This document shows positions 9,801 to 19,588 of a DNA stretch of 64,000 bases, piece by piece; positions within the stretch are counted from its first letter, which is position 1; each line of letters starts with the position of its first letter. Source of the stretch: an uncultured candidate division Zixibacteria bacterium (lineage in GTDB: Bacteria; Zixibacteria; MSB-5A5; UBA10806; 4484-95); the NCBI GenBank assembly GCA_963668625.2, contig CAXXKA010000008.1, positions 992,001-1,056,000 on the forward strand, read 5' to 3'. The translations under genes and the position numbers were made by a program. The notes below the pieces were generated by a model that searched no databases, was not told the DNA's origin, and saw only the letters and a program-made list of their open reading frames with translations.

Positions 9801-12800
9801 TGACGACGGCACCCCGAGCGATGAATATAAAGTAGCTCTCAGCGGTCCAAATGATCTTGATGAAACGACAGCGACCAGTTACTCGAATAACAACAGCGCC
9901 TTATCCGTTAATTTCGACGGCGTGGAGATGCCGGCGTATTATCCGCACGTCTCATCAATCACATCATTGATCACTGAAACCGAAACAACGCTGGGATTCA
10001 ATTTATATCGCGGTACCTCGACTGATCCGTTTAATCTCGGGTTGAAAATCAACGATGGTCTTCTTACCGAAAACATCTTCATCGATTATGGCGAAGATAG
10101 CTATGGGCCGATCGTGAACGGGACTCCATACTACTACCAGGTTACAGCGGTTCATGATATCGATGGTACTCAAATCGAAATAGGACCATCGAACCAGGCC
10201 GTAGGTATGGCAGTTAACCAGCCCCCCGAGACGGTCGAAAACCTAACGGGCGAAGTTGATGGTAATACTGTTAGCCTCAGTTGGGATGCCAATACCGATT
10301 ACGATTTAGTCTCGTACAACGTGTATCGCCGTAATTACCACGAATACAATTACAACCTCATTGGTAATGTCCGGGCGGTGGAGATGACCTTTAGCGAGGA
10401 TATATCAGTCGATGGACTGTATCGTTATAAAATTAAAGCTGTTGATGCCGGTGGTTTGGAGTCGAGTGAGTACTCAACTTATATCCAAGTCCAGATAGGT
10501 TTGCCCTCGCCCGGTAGAATTAGTGCCTCGAATGATTACGAATACTCTATCAATCTGGAATGGAGCGCTCCCCTAATGGGCGGTTCTGCTGCCGTTACCG
10601 CGAATGCCGAAAGCGATGACGACATACCGATTTCAAACTCGACGACTGATTTAGTGGATGCCGTGCTGAGCGGTTACAAATTATACAGGTCAGATAGTGA
10701 GGATGGAACCTTTGAGTTAATCACCTCTTTGAGCAGATACTCCATATCATATTATGATCGTACGGTCGATAACGGTATTCCTTACTATTACAGGGTAACT
10801 GCGGTTTACGATTCGGGAGAATCCGAACCGTATAATATAGCCGAGGGGCTGGCTGTTAACTATGCTCCGGAAGCCCCTACCGATCTTGTCAATGAAGTTG
10901 ACGGGAACACTGTAAGCCTGTCATGGGAATTTGAAAATGACATGGAGGATCTCGATCATTACAATATCTACCGCGAAAACACGGGTGAAACAGAATGGAT
11001 TCCTGTCGGAGCGAGTTCGGTGGAAAACTATTCGGATGAGGTTAATGCCGGTAACGGAATTTATAGATACCGTGTAACCGCAGTCGATAACGGTGATCCT
11101 CAACTCGAATCGGAATGTTCCGATTTTGATTACGCATATATCGGTAACTTACCTCCGCGAATTCTAATGGCGACGAGCAATCAAGATCAAGCCGTACCGT
11201 TAAGATGGCTTACGCCCGAAGTTCTGCCTTGTACGACGATTGTGTATGATGATAATAATGCGTACTTTGCTACATATGACAGAAGTGAAGTGTACTACTT
11301 GGCTAAAAAATTTACCGCCGAGGCGCCGGTAGAGGTGTGCAGCGCGTTCGTTCACGTGGCTACGGCAGGCGATAGGTTCGATGTCGATGCCTGGCCGGAT
11401 GGCGTGCACGATCCAGTTAAAATAACCATATTTGATGATAATGGCCGAGGTGAACCCGGCAATGCGTTAGCCGATACGATCGTAACCTGTGAAATGGGAG
11501 AGTGGATTACGGTTGGATTTGCCATGCCGATTATTTCCACTACGAACAATTTCTGGGTAGCCTGGAGTAATACCGGTTCATCCGGTTATGACGCTATGTG
11601 CGGCGATATGCAGCAGAATTACAGCTCTATAGATTGGGTTGGTGTTTATGGTGAGGGAGGCATAGCGTGGAGTTATTTCAGATCAATGTATGTTGTTGAT
11701 TTGATGATAAGAGCATCCATCGCCACTGAAAGCTCCGTAGAGCTGTTAACAGGGGATAAGCCCGTATCCGATCGCTTAGCTCGAAACTCGGGCGAGCAGC
11801 TCCCACAGGTTTGCAATACCGAGGAAACGCTTGGATACTATATCTATAGAAGCACTTCGCCTGATGTTCCGATAAATGACGATTATCGCATTACCCCGGA
11901 CTATCTTTCCAGTACTGTATACGAGGATGATGATGTTACCAACGGAAATACATACTACTATGTTTGCGCCGCCGCTTACGATAACGATGGCGTAACAGAA
12001 CTGGTGGCTTCCGATGAAGTTTCCGCCACACCGGTGAGCGGAGGTCAGCTTGAGGTTGATATCTCTTTGATAAACGCAACTGCCGAATTAGGGGATGATC
12101 CTGTTACTATTCCGATCGAGGTAACGAATGTTGGCGGTTTACCGGTTACGATGTACACCGGCTTAAACAGCGAAACCCTGAATTCAACAACGCGTTCCGG
12201 CAGCAATTTCTTCATCACAACAGATTTCCCGGATGATAGTGTCGGTATAATTCGTTTCGATACCCCGGAAGACGAATATCCAGTTACAACCAATACAGGC
12301 GGCCCTGACGATTACGGTTATTACTGGGCAGATTCGGATGATGAGTACGGTCCCGAATATGACTGGGTTGACATATCAGGTATCGGTGAAAGCCTGGAGC
12401 TGGCAGATAACGGGATGGCTTTCTCGCTTGACCTGGGATTCGGTTTCACATTTTATGGTAATACTTTTTACACGTTAAATGCCTGTTCTGACGGTTTTAT
12501 TAGTTTCGATTGCACCTCAAGCTCGGTAAACTATTCCAGGTTCCCGACATTTAATGTGCCTTTTAACGCGATTGCCCCGATGTGGAGTGGATATGATAAC
12601 GCTGATTTTAGTAGGAGTTCTTTCTACTATTACACCAACTACGAGGATACGATGATTGTATCCTGGCATAACGTAAAAGTGCACTACGCGGATTCCGAAA
12701 CTTATACTTACCAGATGATTTTAACTTCCGATAATGTTATTACCATGCAGTATCAAGATGTATGTGTAACCTCTGGAAACCATGCAAGCGTTGGTATTCA

Positions 12801-13386
12801 AAACGGCGATGCCTCGGACGGCCTGACAATATCTTATAACGATAGATATTTACACGACGGATTGGCGATCAGGGTATGTCCTCCATGGCTGGGCACTGAT
12901 CCGACCGGTGGGGTTATCGAAGCAGGAGAGACAGTCACTCTTAATGCTATCTTAGATCCTACAACGCTTACGACAGCCGATATATATACGAATACACTGA
13001 ACATAAACGGCTACGATTTAAATCATGAGTTGGCGCCGATAAGCATACCCGTAACTTTCATAGTTGAAACTACGGGCATCGATGATGAAACCACAATTTC
13101 GCTGCCTGAATCTTATTCACTCGATCAGAACTACCCGAATCCGTTCAATGGGAAAACCGAGATAAAATACGCCTTGCCCGTGGTAAGTGATGTTACCCTC
13201 GAGGTGTACAATGTTCTGGGTCAGAAAGTTGTGACTCTGGTTAACGCTAAACAAACCGCAGGTTACCACAGTTTAATTTGGGATGGTACTAATGAGTCCG
13301 GACAGGTTGTATCGTCAGGTTTGTATATGTATAAGCTGGTTACCAATGAGGATACTTTTGTAAAGAAAATGTTGATGCTTAAATAA
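6832..13386 (+). CDS. Secreted S8 (subtilisin/bacillopeptidase F-like) serine protease with FN3-like repeats and C-terminal sorting domain
   Basis: Catalytic motifs HLDTG, HGTHTMG, AAGNEG, GTSMACPHVAG; several FN3-like units (YNVYR...YRVTAV); C-terminal QNYPNPFN...KKMLMLK. Confidence 0.92.
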   Translation: MRIGLICWTALALVVFAFTTGIEAGTFSSDFNQFAADNQSKDVISAVITMSDRVDLEALKAELYAQKADRREWHETVVRALQDKATVAQADFIASLDEMVKQGKVENYRSFWLGNLIVVTAASDVFDELVLRADVDQIAPNYKVESIKDFENTDMPLTTSGVESGLSAIRADEVWAMGYTGEGRLVSHLDTGVQGTHEALANNWRGLDSRYSENPGWAWFDPISNSDYPFDGAGHGTHTMGTICGMGESGGDTIGVAFGAEWITAGVIDRLSGNQEIVFMIAALEWVVDPDGDPSTEWDVPDVCSNSWGVYTGDGSDYSPCDATFWEVIDCAEAAGIVVIFAAGNEGASGPETIRAPADRATTGLNCFSIGAVNGAERNFPIASFSSLGPSHCTPDGREAIKPEIVAPGVGVRSAYSGTGGYASMNGTSMACPHVAGVIALMRQANPNLTPDQVKQILIETAIDLGSGGEDNQYGHGIVDAYEAVQLALAYRDDFGVLTGTITDFATGDPISNAKLSTLSGSWSTTSNALGVYKLYLPANVSHIISISNSPSHLPLFDTLTVVANETTYVDYVLNSKVPVIFTVSFSNGDDISYRDFYIRGSWDNEGLYDVSWSGDLLAASDDGEFPDEAAGDGLFTAEVLLPVDQVNTYSWNVYTEDYGLNSIDDAYLASGVDFDVTDYEAVSVPTLNPNPTGSDNNFRFAIVGNNGLEFDLEPGFGEEANKWGVTTSLSANVTYDFTFNVMNGNQPVYGAGGVGGSEVSYTAVIDTVYEIIFNDDNDTHIIQPTNSEGPPQYLGTTNGQDGHIPVSWLNPENISSAEISYDDGVVNDAYYFNSSNDLAAVMFLPASYPVVIDSVFAHIITQGDEYWPWPDGTNDPMGLYIFVIGGHCDDGYPAPADEPIYYQEVTAEPGVGLRVDIPDIAITSGVFWVALSNLDVGGYDALALDAVTDYPPMQWYRRFGEWHRGGLFYGDQMIRTKVLCNDVSTWLAYDDGTPSDEYKVALSGPNDLDETTATSYSNNNSALSVNFDGVEMPAYYPHVSSITSLITETETTLGFNLYRGTSTDPFNLGLKINDGLLTENIFIDYGEDSYGPIVNGTPYYYQVTAVHDIDGTQIEIGPSNQAVGMAVNQPPETVENLTGEVDGNTVSLSWDANTDYDLVSYNVYRRNYHEYNYNLIGNVRAVEMTFSEDISVDGLYRYKIKAVDAGGLESSEYSTYIQVQIGLPSPGRISASNDYEYSINLEWSAPLMGGSAAVTANAESDDDIPISNSTTDLVDAVLSGYKLYRSDSEDGTFELITSLSRYSISYYDRTVDNGIPYYYRVTAVYDSGESEPYNIAEGLAVNYAPEAPTDLVNEVDGNTVSLSWEFENDMEDLDHYNIYRENTGETEWIPVGASSVENYSDEVNAGNGIYRYRVTAVDNGDPQLESECSDFDYAYIGNLPPRILMATSNQDQAVPLRWLTPEVLPCTTIVYDDNNAYFATYDRSEVYYLAKKFTAEAPVEVCSAFVHVATAGDRFDVDAWPDGVHDPVKITIFDDNGRGEPGNALADTIVTCEMGEWITVGFAMPIISTTNNFWVAWSNTGSSGYDAMCGDMQQNYSSIDWVGVYGEGGIAWSYFRSMYVVDLMIRASIATESSVELLTGDKPVSDRLARNSGEQLPQVCNTEETLGYYIYRSTSPDVPINDDYRITPDYLSSTVYEDDDVTNGNTYYYVCAAAYDNDGVTELVASDEVSATPVSGGQLEVDISLINATAELGDDPVTIPIEVTNVGGLPVTMYTGLNSETLNSTTRSGSNFFITTDFPDDSVGIIRFDTPEDEYPVTTNTGGPDDYGYYWADSDDEYGPEYDWVDISGIGESLELADNGMAFSLDLGFGFTFYGNTFYTLNACSDGFISFDCTSSSVNYSRFPTFNVPFNAIAPMWSGYDNADFSRSSFYYYTNYEDTMIVSWHNVKVHYADSETYTYQMILTSDNVITMQYQDVCVTSGNHASVGIQNGDASDGLTISYNDRYLHDGLAIRVCPPWLGTDPTGGVIEAGETVTLNAILDPTTLTTADIYTNTLNINGYDLNHELAPISIPVTFIVETTGIDDETTISLPESYSLDQNYPNPFNGKTEIKYALPVVSDVTLEVYNVLGQKVVTLVNAKQTAGYHSLIWDGTNESGQVVSSGLYMYKLVTNEDTFVKKMLMLK

Positions 13387-13424
13387 CTCTTCTTGATTTT
13401 CGCAGGATTGTTGAATGTATGATT

Positions 13425-13452
13425 AGGGCAGTCGTGTTAACGGCTGCCCTTA
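13425..13452 (+). terminator. Hairpin terminator after the S8 protease
   Basis: AGGGCAGTCGT-GTTA-ACGGCTGCCCT followed by an AT-rich tract. Confidence 0.55.
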
Positions 13453-13587
13453 ATATTAAACGATCCGGGCCGTCCGTGCTATTCCGATCACAGCCCCGGA
13501 TAACCGAATTTATTATGATTGAACCTTCTGGTTCGAATAATAGATACTTAGCGTTTGTTTCCTGAGTGATCTAGCTCTTTAATCTTG

Positions 13588-14527
13588 TGTACGTCTTCAG
13601 AAACTTTTTGACAGATTTAGTCAAAATCTAAAAGACAGTTTTGATAATATCAAGCTAAAACCTGCTTTCGCATATTTTGTTGTTTTCTAAGACTTAACGT
13701 CCTCTTTTTGATCTGTTCACGTTTATCTAAAATATCTAAATCCCTACCATAGTAAACATCGGCAGGTGTTAATTACCCAGTGATTCATGGTATCGCTGGT
13801 TGTTGTAGTACTCCACGAACCGTTCGATCTCACGCTCCAGTTCGCCCGGAAGGTAGTAATGCCGAAGCTTGATCAGGTTCTTCATGGTGCGATGGTACCG
13901 CTCGATCTTGCCCTGTGTCTGGGGATGATCTCGGATAATCATCCATGACCGTGGACAGGTAGTACCAGCCCCAGCCGACTACCTTGAAATAGGTAAAATC
14001 AATCTGCCAGAGCTCGTTTATCCCGGTGGTCGGATGTTTGAACTTATCCGAGGCTTTCAGCACGATATAGGCCGAAGAGGTGATCAGGTCGTAAGCCTTC
14101 AATGTCCGGTAAACACTCGATTCAGAGATAAAATACTCCTGGGTATCGGTGATATACCAGGCCGGCTCTCTCGGCGACTTCTCAGGATGCTCTAAAACTA
14201 TATCAACGACCTGCTGTTTAACCTGATCAGGAATACGGTTCCAGAACTTCCTCGGCGAACTCTTTCAGTTGGCCAGACCATCATAACCGTGCTCTTTATG
14301 CCGCCGGCACTACTCGTAGAACGTTCCCCGATTGATATCAAGTTCTAATAGAGTCTTCCTGGCACTTAACTCCGAGTTCTCCACGATCTTAATTATCTCT
14401 ATTTTCTCAGCCTGGGTATATGATTGTTGTCTTTAGTCATGGTCAGTTCCTTTCAACAGGTTAAGCTAACCAAAACCGTCTTTTAATTCAAATGCTAAAA
14501 TGGCACGGTAGGCTTTGAAGGGTTACA
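13588..14527 (-). mobile_element. Decayed IS3/IS481-like insertion sequence (transposase pseudogene)
   Basis: Fragments YTQAEKIEIIKIVENS...RGTFYE*, NELWQIDFTYFKVVGWGWYYLSTVMDDY and HPQTQGKIERYHRTMKN, with stops and an internal deletion; weak TGT...ACA ends (boundaries approximate). Confidence 0.75.
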
Positions 14528-14681
14528 GTTATAATCAATATGACTTAGCTTAGATAAACATAAATATTATATTTCTCCTTTATGTAATATCAAAAACAGT
14601 TAAATGTGCTAATTTACTATTTTAGCACAATTCTTAATATGTTGCCATTACCCATCTTACCAACAAACAATCATTTTTTGC

Positions 14682-14738
14682 TTGACAACTCCAGATTTTA
14701 TAATATCCTGTAATAGTTAGAACTACTAAATAATTACA
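14682..14738 (+). promoter_or_regulatory. Promoter with downstream imperfect inverted repeat
   Basis: TTGACA-N16-TATCCT overlapping TGTAATAGTTAG...CTAAATAATTACA. Confidence 0.4.
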
Positions 14739-14970
14739 CCTTCTGTTCTATGAAAACAAATTAAATTACTCAGTGAAAAAATAGTAGTTGCAATAAATCG
14801 AAATGAAAATGAGTTGAAAAATGAGCATAGATCCAAGTTGATATTTCATCTGCAATTAATTGGAGGATAGTTGCTTATCAAAATACTAAAATCGCAGAAA
14901 ACGAAATAGATACATAGTTATAAACATTTAAAAGGATAATGATTTAGCGCGAAAAGTAAGGAGACTAATA

Positions 14971-17900
14971 ATGAATAAGTTTTACTCATTATTAATAACA
15001 GCAGTTCTAGTAACTTGTTTCAGCTTCACATTGGCAGGTAACAAACCGCCAGACCCATCAAGTCAGGATGACTACTCGCTCTGGCAAAAAACACCAAACG
15101 GAGAAATTGAGCTCGTCAATCCATCTGAAACTGAATCGGAAAAGTCCGTAATTTCTTCGCATGTATCGAATTTACTTGAACGAGTCCAGCTTTATCCGTT
15201 GCAGAACTCATGGGGAAAGTTGATTCTTAAACATGGCACCGAGGAACAGATCAGGCGGATGTACGATCTTTTAAGCAAGGGTTTTGCTACTACGGAGGAT
15301 TTTGAAAAGTTTAATGCTTTAACTGAAGAGATCCTGGCGCAAATCCCCCGTGATCCACTATCCACAATTACTGAGATTGGTGATAACTGCGCCGATCCAA
15401 TAGCTATTACCTCCCTGCCTTTTTCAGAAACACGTTCCATGACAGACTATAATAACTACTATTTCGCCGGTGGGAATGAAGTCATTTATAAACTTACCCT
15501 TACCGAGACGACAAGGATAAAAATCTCATTATGTAATAGCGAAGACCCTAATTTCGATGCTTTTCTAGCTTTAGTAAGATGGAGTGATTGCTCGCAATTT
15601 TGGTTTAATGGTTCATCCGTCCAGGGCCATAGTCTGGATGATTGCGGCAACATGCTTCCGGAAATACCGTATGTCGAGGCTTGCGCAGGCGATTGGGCTA
15701 TTATAGTTGACACATGGGATCCCATTTACAACACTGGCTCTTACACTATCGACATTACCATAGAGGATCCGGTTGTTCTTGAACCACCACCGGGAGCTTA
15801 TATGGAACAGGAGGCCTGCGGTGATAGCACAAATAATACCGACCCGATCAACGAGGCGGAACTTATAAGTTGTGGCTATACCGTTTGTGGCGCTATCTGG
15901 GCGGATTACTTGGAAAATGAGAACGATTATACTGGTGACGCTGATTTTTATACATTTACATTGGAGGACACTTACGAGCATTGGAAAGTTGATTTAACTG
16001 GAATGTCTGAATTTAGGACGAGGGTAGCCCTGTATGAGATTATTCCGGATTTACCATTTCCAATGTGGTGGAATATTGAATCATTTTATCCGGGTCAGCC
16101 ATTTGCCAATGAAATTACTGTTCGCCCGGGCACTTATTTATTGGCAATTTATCCAGCGAGACTAGCAGCCGACATCGTTTGCGATGATAACAGCCTTTAC
16201 TATTTTCAACTCGACTGTGGCCCCATAGAACCGGGAGGACCAGTGAACGACTGGTGTGATGATGTAACACCGCGTCTTCTCGAAAGCGGTGATTCTCTGA
16301 TTTTCACTGGCAACACCACTAACGCTACAATCGATTGTATTCAGAACGCACTGGTTCCAGATTTTGATATCATACCCACTCAAACCTTCTCTGGTGAAGT
16401 CTGGACAGCATTTACAACTACAGACACACTTGATGTGATTGTTGCTTTTTGCGATTCTGATCCCAACTCGGTGGGTCAATGCGCTTCATTGCTTTATAAT
16501 GATTGCCCTTGCGGCTACGATGGTGTTTCGGCCGATAGCTATAATTATTTATATTGTTCTGACGGCAGTTTAGCGTTGTATTTTAATGCTCTTCCCCCGG
16601 GAACGTACTATTATGAAATATTCAGAGATCTTGATATACTCGATGTCACCGATTACAGGCTGGCTATCAGCGGCACTCTTTGTCCCCAACCGCAGCCGAA
16701 TGATAACTGCGCGAATGCCATAGCTGTCTATGAGGATATACAAACTGAATTCAATACCACTTATGCCAGTTTTGATGGCCCCGGCTATTGCCTGGAATCG
16801 AAAAATGTCTGGTTTATATACGAGCCTGATGAAACCCATGCGGTGAGCGTGAGCTTGGAAGGGTCACGTTTTAACACCAAGATGGCTATTTACGAGGGGG
16901 GCGAGTGTCCTCCAAGTCAGGAATCGATGATCGAATGTAATAATAATTACAACTCACTTTCCAATTTCTCGTATATCGAGTTCCTGGCAGTTGAAGGAAC
17001 GCGATATTTGATCGAAGTCGGCGGGACAAACTTAGAAGCAAGAGGCGCCGGCTTTATGCTTATCTCCCCTATTGCCTCTCATGACGTACGCGTGGATAAG
17101 ATAATCAGCCCCCTGCCGGGAAATATTCTCGATCCAGGAACGGACTATGAATTAAACGCCATCGTTTCAAATAGAGGATTCTACGAAGAGACATTCAATG
17201 TAATTGCAGTTGACAATTATGGTTTCGAGTTAATCGAGGAATACATTACGTTAGCCCCAGGCGAACAGACGAATTTATTCGAGGGCAATTTCTATACTTC
17301 TCCTTCCGAAACTTGCGAGGACCATGAATTTAAAGTAATAACATCGCTGAATAGTGATGAATTTACATCAAACGATACTTTCACTGTTACTTACAACATC
17401 CCTCGTGAAGGTGATATAAGGCATTATGGTTATTACACCGACGGTGAAGATGCATGGATAAGTGGCCCAGTGTTCTCCGAAATGATATCAGCGACTAAAT
17501 TTGTTGCCGATGGGCGGGATGCGATTGTCTATATCGGTGGTAAATTCGCTAATACCACTTCGATCGATAGCACGATTGACCCGGTTAAGCTTTATCTTTT
17601 CCAGGATGATAACGATGACGGTTTCCCTGATGATGAACCGAGATTCGAGGCTGTCGTTCAGCTTCAGGGGATGGAATATAACTGGGTCTATGCTGTCTTA
17701 CCGTGCGATGTAGTTGTTGACAGCGGCCAGGTTTTCTGGGTCGGCTTCGGTATAGTTAGAGATGGCCGTGAAGGCTTTGAGGGTATCTTCGTCGATGCTC
17801 ATCCTGAGTGCGATAGCTCGTGGCTAAGGAGCCAATATGGCTATTGGGAGAGAAACGTTGAAGCTAACGGGGATAAGTTAATAGGCGCCTGGGCCTTGCC

Positions 17901-18207
17901 TGATTCTCTTACCGGTATCGATGATTGCGAGACGGGCTTACCGTTATTCTATGGGCTGGCTCAAAATTACCCCAATCCTTTTAACGCCCGGACTGTAATA
18001 CGTTACAACCTGGCTGAGCCTGGCTTAGCTACTATTACAATATTTGACATTTTAGGACGAAAGGTCGAAACACTGGTTGACGATTACCAGACAGCAGGCC
18101 TTCATCAAGTTACCTGGAACGCAGGAGACTTTGCTTCCGGATTGTATTACTATAGAATTCAGGTTGGTGACTATACTGAAACGAAAAATATGCTGCTTAT
18201 GAAGTGA
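14971..18207 (+). CDS. Secreted multidomain protein (PPC-like/Cys modules, CARDB-like domain, C-terminal sorting domain)
   Basis: AAGGAG RBS, signal peptide, GDNC/NDWC/NDNC modules as in 161..2452, HDVRVDKI CARDB-like start, QNYPNPFN...MLLMK tail. Confidence 0.8.
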   Translation: MNKFYSLLITAVLVTCFSFTLAGNKPPDPSSQDDYSLWQKTPNGEIELVNPSETESEKSVISSHVSNLLERVQLYPLQNSWGKLILKHGTEEQIRRMYDLLSKGFATTEDFEKFNALTEEILAQIPRDPLSTITEIGDNCADPIAITSLPFSETRSMTDYNNYYFAGGNEVIYKLTLTETTRIKISLCNSEDPNFDAFLALVRWSDCSQFWFNGSSVQGHSLDDCGNMLPEIPYVEACAGDWAIIVDTWDPIYNTGSYTIDITIEDPVVLEPPPGAYMEQEACGDSTNNTDPINEAELISCGYTVCGAIWADYLENENDYTGDADFYTFTLEDTYEHWKVDLTGMSEFRTRVALYEIIPDLPFPMWWNIESFYPGQPFANEITVRPGTYLLAIYPARLAADIVCDDNSLYYFQLDCGPIEPGGPVNDWCDDVTPRLLESGDSLIFTGNTTNATIDCIQNALVPDFDIIPTQTFSGEVWTAFTTTDTLDVIVAFCDSDPNSVGQCASLLYNDCPCGYDGVSADSYNYLYCSDGSLALYFNALPPGTYYYEIFRDLDILDVTDYRLAISGTLCPQPQPNDNCANAIAVYEDIQTEFNTTYASFDGPGYCLESKNVWFIYEPDETHAVSVSLEGSRFNTKMAIYEGGECPPSQESMIECNNNYNSLSNFSYIEFLAVEGTRYLIEVGGTNLEARGAGFMLISPIASHDVRVDKIISPLPGNILDPGTDYELNAIVSNRGFYEETFNVIAVDNYGFELIEEYITLAPGEQTNLFEGNFYTSPSETCEDHEFKVITSLNSDEFTSNDTFTVTYNIPREGDIRHYGYYTDGEDAWISGPVFSEMISATKFVADGRDAIVYIGGKFANTTSIDSTIDPVKLYLFQDDNDDGFPDDEPRFEAVVQLQGMEYNWVYAVLPCDVVVDSGQVFWVGFGIVRDGREGFEGIFVDAHPECDSSWLRSQYGYWERNVEANGDKLIGAWALPDSLTGIDDCETGLPLFYGLAQNYPNPFNARTVIRYNLAEPGLATITIFDILGRKVETLVDDYQTAGLHQVTWNAGDFASGLYYYRIQVGDYTETKNMLLMK

Positions 18208-18233
18208 GACCCGAACGCAGGCAGTAGGATAAC

Positions 18234-18261
18234 GGCTCATCAGCCCTGTGGCTGGTGAGCC
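18234..18261. repeat. REP-like intergenic hairpin
   Basis: GGCTCATCAGCC-CTGT-GGCTGGTGAGCC. Confidence 0.4.
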
Positions 18262-18286
18262 TGTCGATTCCGATTTAAGGAGAATT

Positions 18287-19525
18287 ATGAAATACTTAAA
18301 AATTGTTTTGTTGGTAATGCTCTTAACGGCGTTTAGCTATACGATTGTAACTGCCCAGACAGTCGAGTTTGTCGGCAGTTATGATACACCGTCAATCGCC
18401 CGTGGTATTACTGTTACTGATAATTACGCTTATATTGCCTCAGGCTCATCGGGTTTGCTGATAGTAGATGTCTCCGATCCTGAAAATCCAGTATTTACAG
18501 GAAACTATCAAACATCAGGTACTGCCAATGATGTCTGTATCTCGGGAGATTACGCATATATAGCCGCCGGTTTTTCAGGCCTTCAGATAGTTAATATTTC
18601 CAATCCGGGCAGTCCATCACTTGCCGGCAGTTACAGTACTCCCGATCGTGCTTTAACTGTTCAGGTTATAGGTAACTACGCATATATAGCCGACAGGGCT
18701 TCATTCCAGATAATTGACATTTCCGATCCAGAAAATCCCGCCTTAGCCGGGAGTTGGAACAATTCAGCAAATGATCTTACAAGCGTTAATGTCAGCGGAG
18801 ATTATGCTTATTTGACCAGGTTAACATATGGACTGATTCTGGTGAGTATAACCGATCCTGAAAACCCAGAATATGTAGGCGAGTACTACAATGGAAGTAA
18901 CACCACCTATGACGTTCATGTCTCCGGCGATTACGCCTTTGTGGTTGATGGGTCATCACTGAAAATGATTAATACTTTTATCCCAAACGCTCCTACACTT
19001 TACGCGACGTGTTATGATTTGTCGATTGCGAAGAGTGTTTATGTTTCGGCCGGTTACGCTTATGTAGCCGACTTTGATTACGGGCTTCACGTGATATATA
19101 ATCCTGATCCATTTCATCTTACATATATCACGGGTTATGAGACGACCGAACATGTCTATGACGTTTTTGTTTTAAATGAATACATTTATATAACTGAGGG
19201 ATCTTCTCTTTTGATTTTAAGATATTCTCAGGTTGATATTAATGAAGAATTCAACCTGCCACAGGAGTTTTCACTATCGGGTAATTATCCCAACCCTTTT
19301 AACTGTTCTACGGTCATATCATATGAGCTGAAACAACCCACAGCGATCAGGCTTGATATCTATGATCTTTTAGGTCGCCGTATTGAGACGCTGGTTAATG
19401 AATACCAGCAAGCGGGCCAACACCGAATCACCTGGGATGCAACAGGTGTCAACTCCGGCGTTTATTTCTATAAAATGCAGACAAATGAATATACTGAAAT
19501 GAATAAAATGATATTGTTGAAGTAA
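18287..19525 (+). CDS. Secreted LVIVD-repeat (beta-propeller) protein with C-terminal sorting domain
   Basis: Start moved to ATG 18287 (AAGGAG RBS, MKYLKIVLLVMLL); about 7 repeats of V.GDYAYIA...GLxIVDISDPENP; NYPNPFN tail. Confidence 0.88.
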   Translation: MKYLKIVLLVMLLTAFSYTIVTAQTVEFVGSYDTPSIARGITVTDNYAYIASGSSGLLIVDVSDPENPVFTGNYQTSGTANDVCISGDYAYIAAGFSGLQIVNISNPGSPSLAGSYSTPDRALTVQVIGNYAYIADRASFQIIDISDPENPALAGSWNNSANDLTSVNVSGDYAYLTRLTYGLILVSITDPENPEYVGEYYNGSNTTYDVHVSGDYAFVVDGSSLKMINTFIPNAPTLYATCYDLSIAKSVYVSAGYAYVADFDYGLHVIYNPDPFHLTYITGYETTEHVYDVFVLNEYIYITEGSSLLILRYSQVDINEEFNLPQEFSLSGNYPNPFNCSTVISYELKQPTAIRLDIYDLLGRRIETLVNEYQQAGQHRITWDATGVNSGVYFYKMQTNEYTEMNKMILLK

Positions 19526-19588
19526 GCCATTGAGTATAAAATATGTTACTCCAGAAATATCAACAACAGTAACCGAACAGGGTCGCGA

